DNA of 64,000 nt from Mizuhopecten yessoensis (GCF_002113885.1 NW_018480074.1:186001-250000), one strand, 5' to 3'; shown: positions 13,600-27,379, numbered from the stretch's first letter. A program made the numbers and translations. The notes: generated from the sequence alone by a model not told the origin.

Positions 13600-14890
13600 T
13601 CATATTACATCAGTCAGCAGATGTATGTTCATATTAAATATAAGTTTGTGTATGTTAATATTAGATATAAGTATGTGAATGTTCATATTAATTTTAAGCA
13701 TGTGAATGGTCATATTAATTATAAGTATGTGAACATTCATATTAAATATAAGTATGTGTATGTTCATATTAAATATAAGTATGTGTATGTTTATATTAAA
13801 TATCAGTACGTGCATGTTCATATTAAATATAAGTATGTGTATGTTCATATTAAATATCAGTATATGTATGTTCATATTAAATATCAGTATGTGTATGTTC
13901 ACATTAAATAAAGTATGTGTATGTTCATATAGAACGTAAGTAAGCCAGCATATGTGACTTATCACATCAATGTTAGTAAGCGAGTACATGTGTATGTTCA
14001 TATTGAATATACGTATTTGTATGTTCATATTAAATATAAGTATGTTTATGTGCATATTTGATATAGGTAAGCGAGTATATGTGAATTTACATCACATCAA
14101 TCTAAGTAAGCGATCAGATGTATATGTTCATATCAACAGAAGTAAACGAGTTTACGTGTATGTTAATATTAAATATAAGTTTGTGCATATTAAATGTAAG
14201 GATGTGTCTGTTCATATTAAAAACAGTATGTGAATGTTCATATTAAATAAAGTATGTCTTTTCATATTAAATATCAGTATATGTATATTCATATTAAATA
14301 TCAGTATGTGTCTGTTCATATTAAATATCAGTATATGTATATTCATATTAAATATCAGTATGTGTCTGTTAATATTAAATATCAGTATATGTATATTCAT
14401 ATTAAATATCAGTATGTGTCTGTTCATATTAAATATCAGTATATGTATATTCATATTAAATATAAGTATGTATATGTTCATATTAAATATCAGTATGTGT
14501 ATGTTCAAATTTAATATAAGGATGTGTATATTCATATTTAATATCAGTATGTGTCTGTTCATATTAAATATCAGTATGTGTCTGTTCATATTATATATCA
14601 GTATGTGTCTGTTCATATTAAATATCAGTATGTATCTGTTCATATTAAATATCAGTATATGTATATTCATATTAAATATCAGTATGTGTATGTTCATATT
14701 TAATATAAGGATGTGTATGTTCATATTTAATATCGAAAAAAAATGCGTATGTTCATATTAAATATCGGTCTGTGTCTGTTCATATTAAATATCAGTATAT
14801 GTATATTCATATTAAATATCAATATGTGTATATTCATATTAAATATCAGTATGTGTATGTTCATATCAAATGAAGTATATGTATGTCATA
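13600..14890. repeat. 27-bp AT-rich minisatellite
   Basis: Unit ttcatattaaatatcagtatgtgtatg; the 27-bp period explains the 9-aa periodic ORFs on both strands. Confidence 0.95.
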
Positions 14891-17449
14891 TAAAATATAC
14901 GTAAGCGAGTAAATGTGTGTGTCCAAATTGCATAAAAATATATATGTATAAATGATGTATACTTTTTCGTAATCATCTAGGCTGTGTATGTCATTGTATG
15001 CTAAAAGGATTTATATAGTTACAATTAAGTATGAAATTTTGCGTTATAAAGTTCGAACACTCCGTTTTTAATCCCAGCCATAGGGCTTCTCTGTAATATA
15101 TTTACATCACTTGTGTAACTTTATCACATTAATGTATATTTATCAATATATCAGTGATAAATAGAACGTCTAATATGCCCGGTATATGAGTGGGGATTGT
15201 ATAATATATACCTTAGATGAATTTTCTATCAAAATCGACTAGTGTAGACAAACAACGAAATTAGTTTATAACATAAGAACCAGAACATGAAGAGGGTATC
15301 TGGGATCCGTACCTACCTCCATCACTGTTGTTGGGTAGATGTATCACACAGACTGGGGTGTTTAGACGGCCGCCATTACACAACACTGAGACAATGGTAC
15401 CTGACGTCGTGTGCACCCGTATCACTATCACCTGTTTGTCCTATCTATATGATACATACGGGTGAATTCTCGTGTGAGCTGGTATCTCGTCCTAGCGGTT
15501 TATCGCGGCGATCTGATAGACGGGTCAGAGTTTACTTTACAACAAAACGTTACTGAGTGGTGGCTTTTCAGACGGTTATGATACAAGATCAGGGATGACG
15601 TCATAGAGTCCAGTCTTTAACTGTCTTGACCAATTGAATGATTTCATTATCGATAGCTTGTATGAACGCCGGAGTATGTCTTATTAGCCAAATTAGAAGT
15701 TGACAAACCTCCCTTCTAATATTGAAAGTTATAATTCTATTAAACAGATGTAAAAGAAGTTTAAAATGATTATCTGAATATGTGAAACTCAAAATATATA
15801 AATTATGAGATATTTGAACATTTCGAGAAAAAACTTAAATGAAACAGTTTAGGTTACATGTACCAACCAGAGCTGACTACCGGATAGGGCCTTCACTAGG
15901 ATGCATTAGATAAACATCAAAAGAAACGTAAAATGGTTTAGTTTTGATATTATCATATAATCGATATAGCACAGTTATTGGTAACCCCGGGAAACGTACG
16001 TAGCGTTTAGGTTCAATTCAAATTAGTTTATTATAGAGTCACATGTAAAAGGTACAAGTATTACAATCTCTAAAATATGTCTACTCACTCACCTTTACAT
16101 CCAGTCTATATTAGACTTACGAGACACTCACTCTTCCCCTATCATTCTTGACTGTAAAAGTATTACATATATGCACACATTTATGAATTTAAAAAAAAAG
16201 TTGCGACGTCGGTTAAGAATATTAACACAGGTTTTGGCAAAGGACCTCGCCAAGTAAGGGTTGCTTAGGTACGATCGATCTGTTTATTCCGTATTTGTAT
16301 ATATCCGACTATATATATTTATATATAAAAACTAAGGTTCCAGCAGCTAACTAATTATTTGCTTTAGATTTGCGTTAATAATCGATAGTTTGTTAACATG
16401 TATCTGGGTTAATTGGAAAAAAAATACTAGAATCATGTTTCAACTCCATAATATTTTTAAACAGATAATTATCTCTTAAGAGCGATTAGAAAGGTACACA
16501 AGAGAAGATAATATATTCATCAAACATTGATATTTATCTTTAAACGTTTTATTTCATAAAAAACCCATATGATAAATGATAAATGTGCATGAAAAAAATC
16601 TATATAACATTAGATGTATACATAAAAGTCTTTGTTGCGTTATGTATATATATGGACATCTGCACAACATATTATTTTTACATAAATTTCTACACGACAT
16701 TTTGTATAATTAAGTCTATACGACATTTTGGATAAGTAACACTTCTATACGACATTTTATATAAGCACGGAAATCTAAGTCCGTGGTATAAGTATATAAC
16801 ATAATGCACACATAACATTTCATATGGCAATATAAACAATGAAAGTTCCATATAACATAATATATACAAATACATTTCCTATTTGTTTCGTGTAAAAAAT
16901 AAAATTTAATGTAAAATAATCCATATCTGAAATTCCATAAAATCATACCTGTTCCATATTCACCATCAGACTATATTAATATTACCACGGAATTAGATTA
17001 GATATAAGTCCGTGATATAACATATTTGTTCTGAGGTAATTTTACAACATTATTAATACATAGAACATGTGCCATAGTCATAAACATAACAAAAAACTGT
17101 AATGTTTCATCGTAATTTTACAACTCACAAGTACGTACGTAAAGCCCATGCTCATACATAAACTATATCGTCATTTTAACTAAACAAGATTAGATCAGTA
17201 CTAAAATAGATCCCAAAGGTTTCCTTAAACGAACTAGAAAAAGGTTATCTAATTGTTTAGCCTGTAGCGATAACCGGATCATATACGATGTCTTGTGTCA
17301 GGTTAGCACACTCGCCAGGTATTTGTGAATTACCCCGTGTCGGGCCCCACTACAGGTAGATCCTCAGCTAACGTAGCTTAAAGCTGCCGTGTGGTAGTAG
17401 TATGTCACCTGAACACAGTTAAACCTGTCACCGCCCCAGCTCGTCCCCA

Positions 17450-17564
17450 GGACATGAATCAGTTTTCAAGACATGACCAAGTCTGGACGAAATAATACGG
17501 TTATATCGAGGAGTCTGTGTTTACAATGGGAAGGACGCCACGTGTACGGAACTCCGATCGGAAG
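17450..17564 (+). other. Probable 5' UTR exon of the methyltransferase gene
   Basis: GC-richer segment ending in the donor GAAG|GTAGGT (17564/17565); matching acceptor ctttaacag| at 19679, 68 nt upstream of the ATG. The exon start is approximate. Confidence 0.45.
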
Positions 17565-18229
17565 GTAGGTACAGTTATATATACCATATACAGCTATATT
17601 TATATATGCAGCGTACACATATATCAGCATGTTGTAAGGAGCGTTTCAAAAATTGGTGCACATGTTTATAGATATACGGCGTTCATTTGAGTTAATGTCA
17701 GGTTACACGCCCACTTAAAGTGTGAACTTACGTGACCTCTTGTGTCAGGAAGTTCGAACACACCTGGCTGATGGCGCTACCTATGCAGTCATTTTGAAGG
17801 AATCAATTTAACACCATTCACGAGTGTTTCTTCATTTAATACAACAAAAATGTATATATAACGCAGACATTTATGCAATGTCTGTTTAAACTGTGACACT
17901 AACGGTAAATTATTGATTCGGCGAGTAGGCTACTTAATATGAAGGGAAGTAATTCAAATAATACGCTAAACCTCTCACCGTTTACCTGTATGGGGCACCA
18001 GGAGGGGCTTGTGATACCCACTCTACGGGGCGTGGGGGAATTATCTAGTTATTGTACCACAAAGAGCATCAGTTTAAATAATTTGGCATAAGTAAATGGC
18101 GCTGTTTTTTCTCAAAACAATATAAACTTCAAACAAGAGCAAGATCAGGGTCAATAGTGTCGGGATCTAAACGAAGCATGCATGTCGTGTGCAGTGATGC
18201 AATCACGTGTAACAATCGTGTATAAATAT

Positions 18230-18610
18230 AGGATCTTACGTGAGTTTCTATTTCATATCAAATTTATGAAACTAGTCTAAGCATTTTTCAATTTAATTAG
18301 CGAGCCTCTGGCGCGCTCAAATGAAAAATTCGTGACGGGTTTCATAAATTTCATATGAAATGAAAATGGGTGTAATATCCTTTTTATCACATGATCAAGA
18401 TTTGTGGCATTTAAACGACAATTTTCATGCAACATTGAAATGTAAAAAGCCGCCATTTTGAGTCCCGTGCGTAAGTCTGTGAACTCATCTACTTGTCCTA
18501 GGCATGACGTCACGATTGAAACAATTGGAACTTACAACCAATCACAGGGCTGATATGTCATATTGCATGGGGTTATATTCACTGGATAACACAGTACACT
18601 ACGTGATCAA
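18230..18610. mobile_element. Dispersed non-autonomous element with a palindromic end; related copy inverted at 28810-29022
   Basis: Hairpin ggatcttacgtgagtttctatttcatatcaaatttatgaaac / gtttcataaatttcatatgaaatgaaaatgggtgtaatatcc. Segments attgaaacaattg..ccaatcacaggg..tatattcactggataacacagtaca recur as a reverse complement at 28820-28960. Confidence 0.7.
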
Positions 18611-19216
18611 TGGGTACATTGGAGTTAAATCCACCCTTTTCCGTAAGAAATATCTGATAATTTACACAGTTTCCAATATCAATAAATTCATGTGTGCGCC
18701 AAAGATCGTGCAAATCACGCATTGTTTGTGAACGAAATGGCTGCATATTCTGCCAATTAAAAATAACGTACCGGTAAGCAGCCATTTAACGACCTAGACA
18801 GATCTGTTACTACTTAAACAAATACGTATAGGCCAATATTCGTATCAATTAATACTGAAATTGTGCTAGGAAAATTAAAAGAAAAAATATTCTTTAAAAA
18901 CACACACCAAGTATCTACTGTACTAGTTTAAATGGGTTCCCATGCTTTTCTTTTTAATTAACAAAATACCAATTAAATACGAAAAAACACAATGTATTAG
19001 GTAATCTGACGGGCTGTTAGATATAACAGGGCCGTGCTATATTTCTCCACGTGGGTATAGGATGAATGCTTCAATTCCAATCTAATTAAAGCAGACCCTT
19101 AATTACGACAGTTCTCAACGTATATAAATGACAAATTAGGACAGGATGATTGCATATAATAACCCGTGCCTCACCAGTTCAGTTTCAGGTTAATTTACCT
19201 ATTGTATAGTATTTGG

Positions 19217-19452
19217 AAACTTTTATTTCGTCTTAATGACTGCACACACATAGCCTTACAGGTAAAGTTGGTTGGTCATTAAGACACTTTTTTTTATTTA
19301 TTTTTTATTTTACTGGTAGTTTTTATGGGGAAAACATAAAACTTTTATTTCGTCTTAATGACTGCACACACATAGCCTTACAGGTAAAGTTGGTTGGTCA
19401 TTAAGACACTTTTTTTTTTTTGATTTTACTGGTAGTTTTTATGGGGAAAACA
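19217..19452. repeat. ~122-bp direct tandem duplication, each copy with a gtcttaatgac/gtcattaagac hairpin
   Basis: Two near-identical copies start at ~19217 and ~19339 and differ mainly in the T-tract. Confidence 0.85.
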
Positions 19453-19747
19453 ATACCCCCTTTGAAAATGTTAAAAAAATCAGCTCAGAAACTTGACATA
19501 TGATGACGTGGACAAGAACGTATATTTATTCATCTTTGTATAGCTTGCTACGACCCATCACAAGATAATGAGACTCGAGTGAATTACCTGTATATATTTG
19601 TATATATAATGAAGCACACTTATACATATTTGATTTTTTGTGTGTCATGCTAACTTCATTAGAATGATATCTTTAACAGATGAGATGGAGGCTTTTCGGT
19701 GGAACAACATGAGTTAGGCGGCTGACGCGGAGTTCTGTGAGAATGAG

Positions 19748-20797
19748 ATGGTCGAACTACATCCCGGGCGACTGAGATGTAGGACGGTTGTCTACGTCGT
19801 AGTGATCCTGACTTTAATAGCGACAGTGTTTATATCTCGCTTATCTGTGTCGCGAAGGACTCCAAGGAAGAAAATTAAAGAAAAAAGTCGAAAAAGACAG
19901 CAGGAGAGGGACTATATAGACGTGACCAGGATAGAACACAAAGTCCAGACCCAATTCTTGGAACCCACGGATGAGGCCCTTAATGAGACCCTTTACGCAC
20001 CGACCTCGCGGAGGCGGAGGAAGAATCACTGCAAAGTGTTCCGGGGCTCGACTGAAGGCCCAAAACACTGTGTACCACTAAAGACAAAATATGGGGAAAC
20101 CCCAATCTGTATATTTGATCCGGTCGAGGATCGCATGATCTCATCCTACATCCGGGATTACGGTACATGGGAACCTGACTTGGTGAACATGACCATTGAC
20201 ATCCTCCAAGCCAACCCTGCTATGCAGTTCATTGACCTCGGGTGTAATTTGGGTGTATTCACCCTTTCAGTGGCTAAACTCGGCCGACGGGTGGTGTCCG
20301 TCGACATCTTGTCCCGGGCATTGGACAACCTGCAACACTCTTTAAAGCTGGGAAACCTGACCGAAAATGTGACGCTTATACTGAATGCAATGTCAAACAC
20401 GCGGGAAAAGGTCAAAATCAATTTAGTTCCTGACAATATCGGCGGCAGTCACGTGGGACAACATGGCGACATGGGACAACACGAGGAGCTGATATATAGT
20501 ATTATCATGGACGATCTCTTGGAGATAATCGACTCAGGGGAGGTTTTTGTCAAAATGGACATTGAGGGTCATGAACAGAAGGCTTTAGAAAACAGTAAGG
20601 AGTTTTTCCATAAAGCGAATGTCAAGTTTCTTTTGATGGAATGGATGCTACACAAAGGAAAGCCGAGTGGTGACAAAATTATCAAATACTTATTGTCCAA
20701 CGGTCTGCTTCCCTATCTAGACTACAACTTACGAGAAGTGCTACCATTAGGACGAGCCTCGTTCTGGCCAGACAACGTTCTGTGGGCAAAGAGATAG
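19748..20797 (+). CDS. FkbM-family (class I SAM-dependent) methyltransferase, type II membrane-anchored, 349 aa
   Basis: Uninterrupted ORF. Signal-anchor TVVYVVVILTLIATVFISRL, basic stem, SAM-binding motif FIDLGCNLGVFT, FkbM-type motif VKMDIEGHE, C-terminal NVLW. Confidence 0.9.
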   Translation: MVELHPGRLRCRTVVYVVVILTLIATVFISRLSVSRRTPRKKIKEKSRKRQQERDYIDVTRIEHKVQTQFLEPTDEALNETLYAPTSRRRRKNHCKVFRGSTEGPKHCVPLKTKYGETPICIFDPVEDRMISSYIRDYGTWEPDLVNMTIDILQANPAMQFIDLGCNLGVFTLSVAKLGRRVVSVDILSRALDNLQHSLKLGNLTENVTLILNAMSNTREKVKINLVPDNIGGSHVGQHGDMGQHEELIYSIIMDDLLEIIDSGEVFVKMDIEGHEQKALENSKEFFHKANVKFLLMEWMLHKGKPSGDKIIKYLLSNGLLPYLDYNLREVLPLGRASFWPDNVLWAKR

Positions 20798-21094
20798 CTT
20801 TTAGAAAGATACGTGAAAAGAACAAACATCCAAAACCACAAAAGATGTGCAATCGATTAACCTCTTTCCATGAAGCATGACCGAATCTAGTCCAAATGAA
20901 AGTAGTTCCTTATAATGTTGGTGCATGATACAGTATAAATACATGTGGTGTATTGATATGTTTATTTTTAAATGTCTGATTTTCATCATTATTCAAGATT
21001 TTAATATATTGTGTTAATAGCTTTAGGATTGTCTTTTTAAATATACCTGATTCATTGTATTTTTATATTGTTACCTCACACAAAGTTTTTTACA

Positions 21095-21624
21095 CACTGC
21101 GGGGCCCTGAAGGGGAACTTAGCTAAAAGTTTGCTTTAAAACGCATCTCCTCCGATGATATATCTGATATTTTGCTTTAAGACGCTAATTGCCTGAGTGG
21201 ATTGTACATTTGGTCAAAAACATTGCTGAGGAAGAACAAACATTGTTTAATTGAATGAGGTTGATTTGACCCCTGCGGTCCTAAGAAATGGTACAGCTAG
21301 ATTATCATATTCTATGGTGTAGTTTTCATAAATTGTTAAAACTTGGTTTCTAGGTTTGTAGAAGCTTATAGTTGAATGAAAATTAAAGTATTGTCTAATT
21401 ACACCCTGTAATATGACATATTACTAATTTCAAAATCTGTTAACATTGTAAATCAATGGAGGCCCCTGATTAGTTGAAAGTCAGATATTGTGGTCCCAGT
21501 TGGGTTAGAACATAGATCTTGTCTGGTTTTGAGGAAATTTCATATAAAGATATACGAATGCATTCAGTTGTAATGACTTATATATAAAACCAGGTGAACG
21601 ATACAGGTCCGATGACCTCTTGTT
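21095..21624 (-). mobile_element. Decayed HINE/pearl-like element in reverse orientation
   Basis: Ends ccaggtgaacgatacaggtccgatgacctcttgtt (reverse complement starts AACAAGAG, like the 1906 element); internal ttgacccc/ggcccc motifs. The left boundary is approximate. Confidence 0.5.
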
Positions 21625-21879
21625 ATATTTTCCCTTTGTTCCACGTGAAAAGCCTTAAGGACTTACAGCTTGCTGTATGTGAACTAGATCGTAACTATTA
21701 CTTTGTTCTCATTTAAGATTAACACTTATCAAATGACGTTATCGCTAGATTGATACAACGGATGATGTCCCATACATTCAGATTATGACCTGAATATGTT
21801 ATTATGATATAAAAATTGAGATTGATTGACCTATCTTGTTCCTGACAATGGAAATGTTAGTCGAATCTTTTCATCGCCC

Positions 21880-22110
21880 ATATTAATTTAAACAAAATAT
21901 GGTCCAAAGTTTCTGATTGCCATCCACTGAATGATATGAGCATATCATTAGGACCGCCTGTTTCAAATTCTCCATCCACATATTTACCACCAAAATTGAG
22001 TCAGGAATCCTCGATTGTTGCACACCATAATTGTGTTGATAAATTTTGGCCTTGAAACCGAAACATGTTCTGATCCCAATAGAAAGGGATTAGGGAATAT
22101 ATGGAGGGCG
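21880..22110 (-). pseudogene. Decayed Penelope-like reverse-transcriptase fragment
   Basis: Minus frame reads GFKAKIYQHNYGVQQSRIPDSILVVNMWMENLKQAVL, resembling the F.F.GK.Y.Q..G.AMGSP.S...AN.FME..E..A segment of Penelope RTs, but heavily degenerate. Confidence 0.4.
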
Positions 22111-22849
22111 AAGTGTCGTCTTCAAATAGGAATATCAAGATTGTCTTCGTTTACGCATGGTAACCAGCCTGGTATACGAACTGGTGTTCTGCTGTCGTGT
22201 AGACGATTCGTCCCAGACATGAGGTGTTCTAGTATAGTTTACATGGTATGACATTTGCGTTTAGTCTGATGATAATAGAATTCATTGAAATGTAACATTC
22301 TACATAAATGGGTGTTTATATGTAGTTTATAAAAAACTTTCATGCCACCCATATTTTTAATCCTATTAATGAGCATTCTATACTATAATCGGAGAACTAG
22401 AGGCATTTATGGAACGAATTATATTGATACAAGTATTACATATTTTATGTTATGAAAAGTTCAGAAGAAAATAATCTTCGGTTGAATTCGTTTTCCATGT
22501 TTTTAACATTATTACACATTTTTGATGAATACCATATTCTTTTATCATTTGCCGTGGAAGTCAACGTACTTTATGTAAATAACTTGATCTAGCAAGGCGA
22601 TACAATTATCCCCTAAATATATGTCGCTTTACAAAAGTGACAAGATATACAAGAAGATGAACACATGTCGTCTGATGACCAGGGAAGGATAGAAATAGTA
22701 ACTCAATATACATTGATTATCTATTTAGGCCTATTTAGATAAAAACAACAAGATGGTTCCGACGTGTTGATTTTTTTTTAAAAAGGAGGGAAATATAAAC
22801 AAAGGAAACATTAACAATGAGAACCTAGAAAAAGTACAAAGAAAATAAG

Positions 22850-23450
22850 ACCAGATGTTCCGGAGGTGTCAGCCATTTCTGCTTCATCGACAACACGGGC
22901 CATTTGAATCTAGTTAAAATCTAAGTAATGCCACGTCTTCATAGCGAGACCGGGGGTAAAGACAACGAAACCACAAGGACACTTGTGAGCGTATCAACAA
23001 CATCGACCTTCATATAACATAAGGAAATAGTATATTTTTAATGAGATCCCGATGGCGACTCTAAAACTTACCTATAATCTTCATCAATCTGAATCTTTAG
23101 AAGCCATGAGTTGTAAGTTTTATCGGTCAGCCGTCGACGTCTCTTACACAATCATGATATTTGGAGTAAGCACTTGAATATTAAATCTATTTCGATAACT
23201 ACACACCGTACGTTTGGAAAGCAGGTATGTTGCTACCAAGAAAGGATAATTTAACTATCGATAAAAGCTTAGTAGAAGGCCGTCCTTGTGGGTCATATGA
23301 TATAAAATGCATACTGTTGTTAAACCGTTGAGGCCAGCAAAGATGAACTTGATTGACACTCAGGAGATGACAAACACAAAACGACCAAAACAATATGTAT
23401 TGTGATATCAAAGAGGGGATCTTACGGTGATATTGTGCGATGCCCATGAT
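22850..23450 (-). pseudogene. Decayed Penelope-like retroelement 3' fragment (RT thumb region)
   Basis: Minus ORF end TKLLSIVKLSFLGSNIPAFQTYGV resembles the IVNFPFL.SNIP..PAYGV motif of Penelope-like RT C-termini; stops and frameshifts follow. Confidence 0.55.
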
Positions 23451-26400
23451 TATGTACCAATCTTGCGTTATTAAATTTTAAATAATTACCAAACTCTTTG
23501 AAGGTTGTCGTCATCATGAAAGATCAATATTTGGTTTTTAACTGGAAAGCAAATTTATCTTGTATCCATCTTTATATGAGCTGTCCCTTCCATAATATAA
23601 TGTATAAACGACTATGTTTCTTGGTTTTAAAGGCAAACAGCCTCTAATATTTCACAAAATATGTTGCCCGCACTGTTGCTATAACGTCTGTGCCTAAATA
23701 TTGAATCGAGGTGTCTCCGGACCCTTGTATATGTGTTCCTATTTTCTCATTTTGGCAAAATGTCCTTCAACTACCACGTTTTTTTTTATGTTTTTAAATG
23801 TTGTAAAGGTTTATGTTTATCAAATAGAACAATAAGAAAACAAATTTATCCGATGAAAACATTTAAGACTGAAGATTTATTATCAGAAATGGATCAGAAT
23901 CAGAAAGATTTTTGTTTTTAACGCTTTGAATAGATTTTGATACGTCGTAATTTACAAGCAGAGTTAGTATACCTATTATAGGATATGGAAACAAATCGAT
24001 AAATTGCATGTTAACTTCTAAGAAAAGAAATATCTTCAGTAGATTGTCCTTCATTTTTATCTGGCCCCAAACAAAATAATTCAACAATTTGCCAATCGGC
24101 TTATAAAAATCAAGGAGATGTAAATAGTTGTCAGAATATATTTAAGACCATTCTGTATTAATTTACAGAAAGGTTTAGTTTTGCAATATTTTACGAAGCA
24201 CTACGTAAGTTTTAGGTAATGGTGATCAATCATCAGATATTACAATGCACTATATATTATTGATGCACACAAAATATTTTGCTTAGTACTGTATATTAAA
24301 ATTAAATGTATTTCCTTTAACTTACCTTGTAAGTACAAAAGTTCAAATAAAGTTATTCATATCATTAAAAGAAAAAGCAATATATATCAATAAATACTTT
24401 ATATCAAACTTTAAAAAAATCCATACAAAATCACATTTTGTTGGGAAAGAAACATCCGGTGATGCTGAGCCCCGGAGAGATGATGCAAATAGCGTTTTGG
24501 TCATCGGTTCCCTAGCAGTATTGATAGAAATATCACCAAGCTTAAGTACAAATAATATATCTATGTCATCGCGAGTCATAAGCAGCAGTCGCCAATTCCT
24601 TACCAATAATTATAAAGTTCGGGGAGAATAAGATCTTGCTTTTTGATTGGTTGCTAGAGTAAAACGCCATTGTGTCATTTAAGTAAAGCCAAAGTTGATA
24701 CCAGAGTGCATGGCTACAGTACTGTTCATTCAAACGCGTCGAAATGATCTGAAACGACAATCAACAACTTATACAAAGTTTCCGATAAAATTAAAAATTA
24801 AAAATGGACCGGGTTCATTGCACGTCAATCTCTACTGTCCTGTTATTTTTCAAGCTGATTCGAAATTTAATATGGCCGGCCTGGCTAATGGTTGAACTTC
24901 CATCAAGTTGTTAATAGGAATCCTCTTATGACTTCACCTCAAGAATTGTTTGGGTCAATTTAAAATCCAAGAAAACTACCCTGTTGAGATAACAGGTTAG
25001 ACTGACCCAACGCATAGAATTGAAGCAAAACGGGTGCAAGTGTTCTTCTTATTCCCCCGAACAAGTGATGCTAATGTAATTCTTTGGGAAAATAGAAAAA
25101 TCAAATACTGCTATGATGAATGACCTTTCAGCTTCTCTTCATGTTCAAAAATGATTTAAAAGAAAACAAAGTCCTTATTTACGTTGCAGTTATATTTTAT
25201 CCATTCATAAGAAGTAATAAAAAATCATCAATCATCATGAAAATCGGTCAGTATCAATATAAAAACTATAATAACTCTCTACAAAACGCTTGGCTGTATA
25301 TATATGTACTGACCAGTCGTTGTAGTAAGGTTTGTAACAAGTAATCGATTGCCGTCCAAGCTGTTGCCTGAACCGCCCCTGACAATGGTGACATGTGCAA
25401 GATTTACACACATAATACTACTCAACATTTCTTCTCACCCACACCACCACACAAACGTGCTGAAACAGCACACACAACAACTGAATGATACCAAGATCAT
25501 CCTCAGAAAAACAAAATCTTGGAGGCGACAAAAAACAGAGTATTGACGCTAATCTCGCAGACGATCACACATATTCAATAGTGCGACGTTTCTCATATGA
25601 AGGGATCGATGGTTTAGATTGTTTCTGTACCCACGTTTGACGGTATTGGGCGCAGGTTGTAAAAGGCGACATCAGAAGACGACTACGGAATAAAACAGAC
25701 AAAAAGTGAATGCAGTGATATTATAGTTGGTGACAGATTGGACTGGTAAATGGGGAGTGACAAGGCACGCATAATGGTCTAGAGCATACAGTACCATCCA
25801 TGGAAAACGAAGTGAAGGGAGAACATTATTCCACTCTTAGGAAACACTAAGATAATTGTTGACATCAAACGACACATGTTGATCGATAATTGGTTTCTTT
25901 TCTGTTGAAATTTGGCCGAACTCTTTGACGGGTGTGGCTGGCTATTTTCCCTAACGTGATGGTGCTTACTAGTGTGTTTGTGGCCGTGGCCTGTCTGGTA
26001 GTCATGGTGATCGTCTACTGCCAAATACAGACTGATGTGTGTTCTAGAAACGGGAAAAAGGACGACGATCAAGATGGAGTACAAGGTACACACAGAAAGC
26101 TTTCCAAGGATTACACCCCACTGTAAGCTGTGCATGGTTGTATTGTTTGTGTCAAATTTATCAGTTTGAAGAGCAAAGGTGCAAATCTATAGTTATCATG
26201 GTTTTAACAGTACATCACGACGTCCTCAGTGCCAAAATGAGTAGTAATGTCTGGCCATTGCAAATTCCCTCGGACAAACGACACCGATGACACAACGCTT
26301 CAGAGCCATTTGGACATTTCCACGTGTGATTGGTTTATATCATAAGAAGGTAAATACATCATACGCTCACAGAACATGGGCGTAAATTGGCTGACTTTTT

Positions 26401-27379
26401 ATCTACGGATGGGATATATGACATTATGTGTAGGCGGAAAAATCTAGGCAGCCAGCAGGAATCAAAATGTAAAATCAATACGTCCTTCACCTCCATATAT
26501 GGATGGCAGTTAGAACATTGGTTCTATTTCACCTCAGTGTGATTGAGCTAAGGAAAACCCGGTAAAAGTAATAAAAGAAAAGGAATACTCTGTTTATACA
26601 CAACATTTATAAACAAATTGATATTGTATGCTTTTTGTGTAAATTCAACATGGGTAACAAAATATTCTATTTATATTGTTTAAAATGCGAAACAGCAGGG
26701 ATCACCTTAAACTCCGCTATATCTGACCGAATGAAGAAATAAAACATTTTTGCTATCATCTGGACTGATTCATTTGTTTTATTACAAACGTTTAAAATGT
26801 GTTCCCGCGTGTTTCTGACGTCCGGTCAGAGATGGGCATTGTGCAGACAGATACAATTTTATCTATGTCCATACGTGTGCACAATGAAAGAGACATATCT
26901 GTGACATAGACAAATGTATAGCATTGTATGATAACATGCCTGCAATTGTAACACATGCGTAAAATGCTTATCGTGTGCTGCCTGAAAAACCAAATCAAGC
27001 AGGAATAACGTCACAAAAACAATGATTTAAATTTTCATATTTCACAATAACATTTCATAACAAGCATTGTATTCAACAAGGATTCAGATATATATATATA
27101 TGTATACATAAAAAGAAGAAATAATAAGTTCACCTTGTAATATCATTAAAAGACACCGTTTTATTTGGAGTTAATTCGAGCTGCAATCATTTGGCATTAC
27201 TGCCGGGTAACAAACGAGAAGGACTTACCATGTTATAAGAAAAGTGAGCATATACTTAATAATAATATGTATTGTTTTCAATCAATTATTACTCAACCAT
27301 TAAAAAAAGTCGAGGAAGAGGATGAACAAATTCTGTATTACAATTGAATTAATATTAAAGGGTATATATTGCATTACCT

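Noticed and set aside
13564-14761. ORFs of 115-175 aa with 9-aa periodicity on both strands
   Set aside because: Artefact of a 27-bp minisatellite lacking stops in several frames; no non-repeat coding context or splice support.
19841-20436. Antisense ORFs within the methyltransferase CDS (likewise 31982-32624 within the TRIM-like CDS)
   Set aside because: Short shadow ORFs of a real coding region, with no independent features.
22672-22700. Hammerhead ribozyme core (CTGATGA...GAAA) near the Penelope-like relics
   Set aside because: No proper stem II closing pair and no stem I/III complementarity found.
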